From a virus: a DNA stretch of 64,000 nt. The stretch lies in IMG/VR virus record IMGVR_UViG_3300039208_000521; one strand, 5' to 3'. Below the pieces are notes generated by a model. It saw only the letters and a program-made list of their open reading frames with translations, did not search any database and was not told where the DNA came from. The position numbers and the translations under genes are program-made. Within the stretch, counting starts at the first letter, position 1. Each line of letters opens with the position of its first letter. This document shows positions 56,375 to 64,000 of this stretch, piece by piece.

Positions 56375-57532
56375 ATGACGCGTGAAGCCTTCAGTTTTGG
56401 CGGACTCGTCAATGAAACAGGTGAACGGCAGTCATTTTCGTTTGGTGGTCTCCTTAATGAGACGATTGTTCAGGACACCGGCTTATCGGGATCCAGTGAC
56501 TCTATCTCGGGGTCACAAGCCGACCTTACTCGTGGTCTAAATCTATCGGGTTCGGCTGCTTCGGTATCGAGCTCACAGGCTAATCTCTCACAGACGATCA
56601 ATCTTTCGGGCTCGGCGGACAGTGTTTCCGGTTCCCAGGCTGAGCTTGCATCAGGAATCAATCTTTCCGGCTCAGCTGATAGTGTCTCTGGATCACAAGC
56701 CGATCTTACCCAAGGGATCAATCTTTCTGGCACCGCCGCCAGTCTGTCCGGTTCACAAGCGAACCTTGTCCTAGGCATTGATCTATCCGGCTCAGCTGAT
56801 GCTGTCTCCGGGTCGCAGGCTGACCTTGAGCATGAGATCCGGCTATCGGGTTCCATCGACAGCGTGTCCGCTCTTACGGGATCGCTCCAAGGTGCCGTTG
56901 ATCTTTCCGGTTCTAGTGACTCGGTCTCTGCTCTTACGGGCTCGCTCCAAGGCGACGTGCAGCTGTCCGGCTCTGCCGATAGTGTGTCCGGTTCCCAGGC
57001 CGATCTTGAGCACGAGATCCGGCTATCTGGTTCCGCTGACGCTGTTTCCGGGTCGCAAGCGAACCTTGATCGAACCATCGGTCTTTCGGGAACAGCCGCG
57101 TCTCTCTCCGGTTCCTTGGCAAATCTCACCCAAGGCATCAATCTCTCGGGCATTGCCGCCGCTGTCTCCGGGTCACAGGCGACCTTGCAAGGCGACATCA
57201 ATCTCTCTGGTTCAGCCGATAGTATTTCAGGGTCACAGGCCAATCTCCAGCGCGGTATTAATCTTTCTGGGCAAAGCAATTCTCTCTCCGGTTCCTTGGC
57301 TGATCTCCTTACCGGAAAGAATTTAAGCGGTGTCTCTGCGTCTCTCTCCGGTTCTCTTGCATCACTGTCCTTGCAGATTAACTTGCAAGGCTCTATTGAT
57401 TCACAGTCAGTCTTAAGTGGAACTCTGGAGGGGGTTGCACAGACTGTTGACGACTTCGAGGTTGCTTTTGACGCCGATCGGTTTGTTCCAGCCTTTGACC
57501 CGAATCAGTTCGTGGTCTCGTTTGAGGACTAG
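56375..57532 (+). CDS. virion protein with 16 tandem 20-aa repeats
   Basis: Repeat consensus INLSGSADSVSGSQA(D/N)LxxG, counted by hand. Confidence 0.8.
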   Translation: MTREAFSFGGLVNETGERQSFSFGGLLNETIVQDTGLSGSSDSISGSQADLTRGLNLSGSAASVSSSQANLSQTINLSGSADSVSGSQAELASGINLSGSADSVSGSQADLTQGINLSGTAASLSGSQANLVLGIDLSGSADAVSGSQADLEHEIRLSGSIDSVSALTGSLQGAVDLSGSSDSVSALTGSLQGDVQLSGSADSVSGSQADLEHEIRLSGSADAVSGSQANLDRTIGLSGTAASLSGSLANLTQGINLSGIAAAVSGSQATLQGDINLSGSADSISGSQANLQRGINLSGQSNSLSGSLADLLTGKNLSGVSASLSGSLASLSLQINLQGSIDSQSVLSGTLEGVAQTVDDFEVAFDADRFVPAFDPNQFVVSFED

Positions 57533-57534
57533 AC

Positions 57535-57891
57535 GTGGCTAACTTTTGCCCAACAGTACAGGACATTTGCCTAACCCGAGGCGATAGCCCTGTAATGTTC
57601 TTCACTGTTCGGGACACCGATAACGCGGTTGTGGACATCACGGGCTATACGTTCCGTATGACGGTGGACCCAAGTCCGTCTCCCGCAAATGCTGACAACA
57701 ATTTGTTTACGGTGGATGGTGTTGTTGTCGACGGTCCCAATGGTCGGGTAAGTCTTCAGCCGTCTACCTTAAATACAAACCAAACACCTCGGACGTATTT
57801 CTACGATATCCAAATGACTACAACCACACCATCCGTTCGAACGATCTTTGCCGGAAAGTTCGAGATTAGACAGGACATCACGAAGACTTAG
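57535..57891 (+). CDS. BppU-like virion protein
   Basis: RGDS...VDITGYTFRMTV...YFYDIQM...TIFAGKFEI. Confidence 0.6.
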   Translation: MANFCPTVQDICLTRGDSPVMFFTVRDTDNAVVDITGYTFRMTVDPSPSPANADNNLFTVDGVVVDGPNGRVSLQPSTLNTNQTPRTYFYDIQMTTTTPSVRTIFAGKFEIRQDITKT

Positions 57892-57900
57892 GAGGTATGT

Positions 57901-58321
57901 GATGAGCTTTACACAACGAACCGCTGCGGCACTGCTCAATTCTTTGCTCAGCAATACGTCAGATTTCGGGGCTTTGGCCTCGGCGCCTTCGATCCATGTC
58001 GGTCTGAGCACGTCAACACCGGCTGAAGATGGCACGAATGTCACTGAGCCTGTTGGTAATAACTATGCTCGCGTGGCTGTTCCGGGTCCGGCTAATTGGG
58101 ACGCGGCTACCGACGCCGATCCATCAGTCGCCGATAACACGAACGTCATCACCTTCCCCACACCATCTGGTTCTTGGGGCACGGTGACTCATTTCGTGAT
58201 CTTCGATGCGTTGACCCTAGGTAATGTGATCGCCTCGGGCGCCTTGACCACATCTCGGGCGATCAACAACGGCGATAGTGTGAACTTCCAAGCCGGTGAG
58301 CTGGATATCACACTCGACTGA
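57901..58321 (+). CDS. small virion/tail protein, paralog of 3669-4115
   Basis: VGLST..P.E...TEPVGNNYARV...ITFPTPSGSWGTVTHF.IFDA.T.GN. Confidence 0.75.
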
Positions 58322-58686
58322 TGGGCAATAATCTTTTTGGTGCCAATATCGCGGGGCAAATAGCTCGGGCTCTTGGTTCGAGCTTGCTTCCGGGCACCTT
58401 AACGAAGAAAACCCAGGGCACCCGCGACCCGAACAACCTTGCAGCCGGCCGTCAAGGCACGCCGACGACCCACACATTTCGCGGTATTCGTCAAGGAATG
58501 GATGCTCTTCGTAAGGATACAATTGTACCTGATGCCTCGGACTCAGTGCTTATCCTAGGAGACACTATCACACCAAGTGCAACTCCTGTTGTTGGTGATA
58601 GGATTACAATAGAAAGTATTAACTTTACTATTGTTTCAGTCGATAGGGACCCTGACGCAGCTGCCTATACCTGCCAAGTCAAATAA
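58321..58686 (+). CDS. head-closure/head-tail joining protein
   Basis: 121 aa; PVVGDRI...IVSVDRDP..A.YTCQV. Confidence 0.65.
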   Translation: MGNNLFGANIAGQIARALGSSLLPGTLTKKTQGTRDPNNLAAGRQGTPTTHTFRGIRQGMDALRKDTIVPDASDSVLILGDTITPSATPVVGDRITIESINFTIVSVDRDPDAAAYTCQVK

Positions 58687-58760
58687 AGCCTCTTAGTTGT
58701 TCAGTTGACTAGCGGTTTAAAGGTCTGTTAGATCTACGCTGATATCTACGGAGTTTTAGC

Positions 58761-59162
58761 GTGGAAGAGAAGCGCGCGTATACGGCGTTCACCAAGGTCG
58801 ATGATGAACTTGGTCTCGTGATGGGGTTTGCAATCGTCTGTACTATCGACGGTGAACCGTATTTCGACACTCAAGATGATCATATTCCTGAGGACTCAAT
58901 GCTCAAGGCCGCTACTGACTTCATGGTCAATAGTCGCAAAGCATTGGAGATGCATGCGGGGGATCAAATTGGAGACATTGTCTTTGCCTTTCCTTTGACC
59001 TCGGACATTGCCAAGGCTTTTGACCTTGAGACTAAGACCACAGGCCTAATGATCGCCATGAAACCGGACAGTGAAGAGACCTTGAACAAGTTCAAGTCAG
59101 GCGAGTTCACGGGATTTTCGATCGGTGGGTTCCGACTGGAAGACGAAAATGTCGACGCTTGA
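58761..59162 (+). CDS. XkdF-like prohead serine protease
   Basis: GFAIV...DTQDD...EMH...GEFTGFSIGG. Confidence 0.8.
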   Translation: MEEKRAYTAFTKVDDELGLVMGFAIVCTIDGEPYFDTQDDHIPEDSMLKAATDFMVNSRKALEMHAGDQIGDIVFAFPLTSDIAKAFDLETKTTGLMIAMKPDSEETLNKFKSGEFTGFSIGGFRLEDENVDA

Positions 59163-60420
59163 AAAAGAGTACGGAGCCGAGGGCGGCAAGAAAAAGATCA
59201 TGAGGGCCTTTCAGCTGAATGAGATTTCAGCCGTTGATTTTCCTGCCCAACGACCAGCCAAGAAACTGATCATCAAACGCCGGGATGGTGTCGCCAAGGG
59301 TTATGACGATCTGGTCGATGTGTTCACATCGTCAGATGATGGCCATCAACACGGTATTCGTGTTGGCACAGATTATGATGGAAAGACCCGTGTTGAGGTG
59401 ATGTATGCCACAGGCGAAGACGGTGAGTCTCATGATCATCAGATCATGCGGGGCGCGAATGGTGAGCTGATCATTTCAGAAAACGCCGGACACACTCACA
59501 CCATCGACGCCGATGTCATGCAGAATGCATTACTGAACATGATGATCGGTAAAGCCAAACCCGAAAAACCTGTCTCCGCTCGCATAGCTGAAATCGAGAA
59601 GCAGCTTGGCACGGGCGCATCAGTTGCGGCGATCTTGTCCGCACTACGAGATCCGGCTGAACCCGGAGATCCCGCCGATGATGTCGGCAAATCGTCAGAA
59701 GAGGATGTTGATATGTCTGACAAGAACGCCGGCAACCTGTCGGCTGAGCTGAAGAAGAGGGATGACGAGATTGCCCGCCTTGAGGCGGTCATTGATCTGA
59801 CCCCTGAATATCGTGCCCATTACGATGGTCTTACCGACACCAAGAAGTCGGCGTTCCTCGGTAAGGACGATGTCGGCAAGGCAGCCGAGCTCGAAGCCGT
59901 CGAGAAGGCGAACCCGGTCGTCTACACCGCCAAAGATGGGACCGAGTATCGAAAGAACGATGATCCTCGTCTTGTCGCTGCCATCCAGAAGATGGATGAA
60001 GAGCGCGAAGATATGGCCAAGTTCCGTGTCGAAGCGGAGCAGACTGCCTTCGAGAAAAAGGCAACAGATCTTCTTGGTCTTATTCCAGGCGAACAGATTG
60101 AGAAGGTCGCTCTTGTTCGTGCGGTCGCCAAGATCGATGACGATGAGACCCGAGGCAAGGTTGAGAAACTCCTTGAGGGTGCCAACAAGGTCTACAAGTT
60201 GGCGATGACTACGGTTGGCGTGACTGAGCCGGCAGCCGCCCTTACGCCGGACAATCCAGGCGTCAAACTTGCTGAGCTTGCCAAGGCGGAAAAGGAGAAA
60301 GATCCGGGTCTCCGTGACGACCAGGCCATGAACAAGGTGCTTGATACCGCTGAAGGTCAACGTCTCTATGGCGAGTATCAAAAGGACCGGAAGGCCGCTC
60401 AGCTTGCGGCCCGTAACTGA
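59149..60420 (+). CDS. capsid scaffolding protein with protease-like N-terminal strand
   Basis: LNEISAVDFPA at the N-terminus, His-rich hairpins, long charged helical C-terminus; precedes decoration and capsid genes. Confidence 0.7.
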   Translation: MSTLEKEYGAEGGKKKIMRAFQLNEISAVDFPAQRPAKKLIIKRRDGVAKGYDDLVDVFTSSDDGHQHGIRVGTDYDGKTRVEVMYATGEDGESHDHQIMRGANGELIISENAGHTHTIDADVMQNALLNMMIGKAKPEKPVSARIAEIEKQLGTGASVAAILSALRDPAEPGDPADDVGKSSEEDVDMSDKNAGNLSAELKKRDDEIARLEAVIDLTPEYRAHYDGLTDTKKSAFLGKDDVGKAAELEAVEKANPVVYTAKDGTEYRKNDDPRLVAAIQKMDEEREDMAKFRVEAEQTAFEKKATDLLGLIPGEQIEKVALVRAVAKIDDDETRGKVEKLLEGANKVYKLAMTTVGVTEPAAALTPDNPGVKLAELAKAEKEKDPGLRDDQAMNKVLDTAEGQRLYGEYQKDRKAAQLAARN

Positions 60421-60448
60421 TTAGCGGATGTCGAAAGGATAAAACGCT

Positions 60449-60880
60449 ATGGCTAGGAAACAGACTTTCGAGGCAGTCCGCACCGTTACTATGATTGCGG
60501 GCGAAGATCTAACAGGTGATCTTTATCGTGTGGTCACCATGAACACTGATGGTGAAGCCGTGCTCGCTACGGCTGCCGGCGACTATTGTCTCGGTGTCGT
60601 GGCAATGAACCCCAATCTCAGTCAAGGCAACACCGCTTCGAGCGAGAATAATCCGGTTCGGATTGCTTTGCTTGATGGCATTGTCACGATTGAGGCAGGA
60701 GGCGCCATTGCGGCGGGCGATTTGGTTCATGCGGCTGCAAACGGTCAGATCGTTTCGGCGGGGGCCAATATCGCCGCTTTAGCAGCCGGGGATTACGTCA
60801 TCGGTCAGGCTATGGAAGCGGCAAGTGCAGCCGGGGAACAGATCTCCGTCTTCGCTCGTCCGTTCCTGCACGCCGCTTAG
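60449..60880 (+). CDS. capsid decoration/cement protein (DUF2190-like)
   Basis: AGEDL...VEAGGAIAAGD.V.....GQ...VIG.AMEAA.AAGE.I. Confidence 0.75.
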   Translation: MARKQTFEAVRTVTMIAGEDLTGDLYRVVTMNTDGEAVLATAAGDYCLGVVAMNPNLSQGNTASSENNPVRIALLDGIVTIEAGGAIAAGDLVHAAANGQIVSAGANIAALAAGDYVIGQAMEAASAAGEQISVFARPFLHAA

Positions 60881-60900
60881 TCGCGATCATAGGGGTAAGA

Positions 60901-62040
60901 GTGGGTAAAATGAATATCGAGCAAATCTTCAAACAGAACGGGTTGGAAGGTCTTCTTACCAATCCCGTGATCGCCGAGGAAATCATGAAGGCGGGCTTTG
61001 GCTCTCCTTCGACGGGCGATGTCCATGTGGACGCTATTCTGACGAACATCAGTCTGGCGTTTATGCAGGATATGAGCAACTTCGTGGCACGCCGAGCGTT
61101 CCCTGAGGTGTCGGTCTCGAAGCAATCGGACGTGTATTTCACCTATCCACGGGGCGAGTTCAACCGGGATCAGATGGAAGAGCGGGCACCCGGCACAGAG
61201 TCGGCGGGCGCCAACTACAGGCTGGCCACACAAGGTTACCGGTGCAGGGTCTACGCTTTGCACAAAAACCTTGATGACCAGACCCGTTCGAACGTCGACA
61301 GCCCGCTTCAGCTTGATCGCGAGACGACGATGTTCTTGACGCTCAAGGCCATGCTCAATCAGGAGATCGATTGGGTCGGCCGTTACATGGGCGGAACAGG
61401 TCTCGGCTTCAGTGCCGCACCGGGCGGGACTTGGACATTTGCGGCTGATGGTGTTGCCGCCGGTGCCACGGCTCGGGCTTCTCTCGATTTCACTGATGGT
61501 GCGAACAACAACGTGCTCCAGTGGTCGGTTGATGGTTCCTCGCCTATCGAGAATATTCGTGATGCCAAGCGCGCCATGCTCCAGGAGACCGGCTTTGAGC
61601 CGAATGTCTTGGTGATGGGTCGAAGCGTTGCGGATATCTTGAAGGATCACCCAGACCTCATCGATCGCATTGACCGTGGCCAGACCTCGGGCGCTGCGCA
61701 GATGACCATGGAAGGCATCCGAGAGCTGTTCGAGCTTGACGAGATCTTGGTGTCTAATGCCATCCAGAACACAGGGAAGCTTGGCGCAGCCGCAAATCAT
61801 AGCTTCATCGCTGGCGACAATGCGCTCTTGCTCTATCGCCCGCCGGCTGCCGGTCTCATGACCCCGGCCGCTGGGTACACCTTCCTGTGGTCTGGGTTCG
61901 TCGGCGCCAACAATGGCGGTCTTCGTATCAAGAACTTCAGGATTGAGACGCACGAGAGCGATCGTATCGAGGCGCAGGTTGCCTACGACCACAACCGGGT
62001 CGCGGCCGATCTTGGTCTCTACTGGAACGACATCGTCTGA
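60901..62040 (+). CDS. major capsid protein (HK97 fold)
   Basis: 379 aa after decoration protein; VDAILTNISLAF, FPEVSV.KQSD.Y, PN.LVMG, AGYTF motifs. Confidence 0.9.
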   Translation: MGKMNIEQIFKQNGLEGLLTNPVIAEEIMKAGFGSPSTGDVHVDAILTNISLAFMQDMSNFVARRAFPEVSVSKQSDVYFTYPRGEFNRDQMEERAPGTESAGANYRLATQGYRCRVYALHKNLDDQTRSNVDSPLQLDRETTMFLTLKAMLNQEIDWVGRYMGGTGLGFSAAPGGTWTFAADGVAAGATARASLDFTDGANNNVLQWSVDGSSPIENIRDAKRAMLQETGFEPNVLVMGRSVADILKDHPDLIDRIDRGQTSGAAQMTMEGIRELFELDEILVSNAIQNTGKLGAAANHSFIAGDNALLLYRPPAAGLMTPAAGYTFLWSGFVGANNGGLRIKNFRIETHESDRIEAQVAYDHNRVAADLGLYWNDIV

Positions 62041-62131
62041 TTGTTACGAGAGGGCCGGGGCGTTTTGTGCCCCGGCGTACCCTAGTATGGTTCTACTAAC
62101 AACAAAGAGACGTGGTCGGTATCGTGACGGT

Positions 62132-62557
62132 ATGCGCCTTGTGATGGTGCGTAGTGTCAATGGTGCTTTGGCTGGTCAGATCTGTCCGGAAACCCGAAGC
62201 TGGCGAACCCGGCGCCGTTGGTACTACAACGGGTGGGCTGCCAAGCTTGATCAATTGCCGGAAACCGAGCGAGAAAAACTCGACCCGGATGTCCTTGCTT
62301 ATTTGGAGGGCGTCGATGAACAGAAACCGGAAGAAACTCCTTCAGTCCCAGAAACGACGTCATCCGCCGAAAATACATTCGTGGAACCTGACGTGGAAGA
62401 TGGCGCAGGTGCAACAGAGGAAACGGTGACGGCTGTCTCAGCTGAAGAGGGCGAAAAAGGTTGGTGGACGGTCACATTTGACGACGGTACCACGCAGAAG
62501 ATGCGCAAGAGTGCCGTTGAGGCCTTAGGCTTGCTGGAGGCTGATGAAGATGGCTAG
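62132..62557 (+). CDS. hypothetical acidic protein after the capsid gene
   Basis: Start uncertain; acidic C-terminal half. Confidence 0.45.
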   Translation: MRLVMVRSVNGALAGQICPETRSWRTRRRWYYNGWAAKLDQLPETEREKLDPDVLAYLEGVDEQKPEETPSVPETTSSAENTFVEPDVEDGAGATEETVTAVSAEEGEKGWWTVTFDDGTTQKMRKSAVEALGLLEADEDG

Positions 62558-62807
62558 ACGCTATGAAGGTCAAGTCATATCGGCTCTTCGAAGCCAGGTT
62601 ATAAACGCCGCTACAGGTGTCACTTTGGGTAGAGCTTGTGATGCCATTCACGCCAATGGCACAGGCACGGTTGTCGGAACCCTTGTCGGTGATACGTCGA
62701 CCGTAGCCATCAATGTCTTGGACGGGATGTATTATTCCTACCGGTTCCAGTCGTTTGACGCCACGAACGGAGTTGCTCTCGTAGCGCTCTTCAATAGATC
62801 GCCTTAG
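62544..62807 (+). CDS. small virion-associated protein
   Basis: 87 aa in the structural operon. Confidence 0.55.
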   Translation: MKMARRYEGQVISALRSQVINAATGVTLGRACDAIHANGTGTVVGTLVGDTSTVAINVLDGMYYSYRFQSFDATNGVALVALFNRSP

Positions 62808-62809
62808 CC

Positions 62810-63230
62810 ATGATCGCGCCTCTTGGTATTCGCTTAGCAGACGTAGGCGGGGCGACTTCAGGAGGCGGACAGCCTGGACCCCCGGCGCCCCCCGCCCCAG
62901 GAGCGGGCTTTCGGCGGTGTGTCGGCAACAAACAACCCGGCGTCTATCGACACGTCCACGATGAACTCTGTCATCATTGGCAGCCTAAACACTTTAACCC
63001 TTACTCTTGGAACGACGATACAGAATGGGTTCGGGATCATCTTGGTCCCGGAAACCTTTGTCATTTTGGATATCCACGCTCCCGAATTGCCGCAAGCCAA
63101 TGAGCTTTCAGCTTACACCGTGACCCAAGACGTTAGGGTTATTAATGCCGTGAATTTCGATAGCTATGTCATAGGTCCGACAAATGGTGGGCTGTCTTTG
63201 GTCCGCATCATCTCCACTCTAGCGCCCTAG
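62810..63230 (+). CDS. virion protein split by an apparent +1 frameshift near 62909-62917
   Basis: Gly/Pro-rich N-terminus in one frame continues as ...FGGVSATNNP... in the +1 frame. Confidence 0.5.
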
Positions 63231-63239
63231 GACTTAGCT

Positions 63240-64000
63240 ATGGTCGATATCCCCTTTGGCGGCACTTTGGTTCCTCTTATTGTTGGTACGCCTGTAGCTA
63301 AGATCGAGCATGTCTCGACGGAATCACTGCTTGATAGCGCGGTTCCGGTTGCGGATTCTGCTAGCGATCGTCTGGGGAATAGTACCTTTCTCCAGGGCTC
63401 TACGGAGATGGAATGTCGGCAGAACCTTCAGCTGCCGAGGATGGTTGGTCTCGGTGAGAATGTCCGGTTCAATGCTGTCGGCGAATTTTTCATCATTCAG
63501 GATCCGACGAACCCCGGACGGTTTGTCACCACACCATTTGAGACTGTCTTGGAAGGTGTCGGTGCCACGGTCATGGCCCGGACGGTGTTTCAGGCACCGG
63601 TCACCGAGGTCGTTCAAAGCGATGACAGTCAGACCCTTGGCAATTTCTTCACAATCACTGTTCCCGGTGTTCCTGGTACCGGCGGTGCTCTCGTCAGCTC
63701 CTACACCTTCCGGTTCGCCAATAGCCTGAATGCAGTCACGGGCTTAATTCGTCGGGGCTCATTGGCTTCTGATCCGGTTATCTATGAAGCCGATTTCGCG
63801 ATTGACGTTACCGCCGGACAGGACGCTGTCTTCACCTTCACTGATCGACGTTTTGGTTTCCTTGCGGGTACGACCTATCGAATTGAATTTACCAGTGTGA
63901 ATGGCACACCCCAGCTCCTCGGCAATTCCGGGGGTATTGCTTATTATGCTCGTACAGCGCAGGCGTTCGGCTTCACGCAACTCATGGACGCTTCGAATGT
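63240..64000 (+). CDS. virion structural protein (3' truncated by window end)
   Basis: ATG at 63240 (MVDIPFGGTLVPL...); frame appears open to the end of the window. Confidence 0.65.
   Translation, partial: MVDIPFGGTLVPLIVGTPVAKIEHVSTESLLDSAVPVADSASDRLGNSTFLQGSTEMECRQNLQLPRMVGLGENVRFNAVGEFFIIQDPTNPGRFVTTPFETVLEGVGATVMARTVFQAPVTEVVQSDDSQTLGNFFTITVPGVPGTGGALVSSYTFRFANSLNAVTGLIRRGSLASDPVIYEADFAIDVTAGQDAVFTFTDRRFGFLAGTTYRIEFTSVNGTPQLLGNSGGIAYYARTAQAFGFTQLMDASN

Noticed and set aside
60877-61992. 371-aa antisense ORF (also 10725-11525, 59695-60381, 56470-57279)
   Set aside because: They lie exactly opposite well-supported genes and have no motifs; typical shadow ORFs from codon bias or repeats.
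1-64000. tRNA/rRNA genes, integrase, inteins, group I/II introns, genetic-code reassignment
   Set aside because: No cloverleaf or rRNA-like sequence recognised by eye; TerL, PolA, helicases and primase have normal lengths and uninterrupted frames under the standard code. tRNAscan-SE was not run.

Overview
The whole window is part of a tailed dsDNA bacteriophage genome (siphovirus-like, probably with a Gram-negative host). No host housekeeping genes, rRNA, tRNA, integrase, CRISPR array or reverse transcriptase are visible. Layout: tail genes at 1-4.1 kb (two of them inverted); a leftward replication block (dNTP diphosphohydrolase-like, SNF2 helicase, PD-(D/E)XK nuclease, HD phosphohydrolase, family A polymerase, SSB-like); a lysis cassette at 12.3-14 kb; a relaxase/VirD4-like ATPase module with many tiny genes; a RecD/Dda-like helicase; a primase-helicase beside a repeat-rich putative origin; an array of promoter-microgene-terminator cassettes at 34-36.6 kb; an AT-rich divergence point at about 37 kb; rightward early/middle genes; then packaging and head genes from 50 kb to the end. 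Most notable observations: (1) a promoter- and terminator-bounded ~115-nt RNA at 22.8 kb with three-block complementarity (~31 bp) to the lysis-cassette leader and partial complementarity to a conserved early-gene ribosome-binding leader; (2) seven small acidic proteins carrying 13 copies of a Ser-Met-Leu motif; (3) stand-alone fragments of the terminase ATPase domain that could be decoys; (4) a replication-relaxase plus VirD4-like pump in a phage; (5) two candidate +1 frameshifts at CGG codons. All family assignments come from motif recognition by eye; no database searches or folding programs were run.
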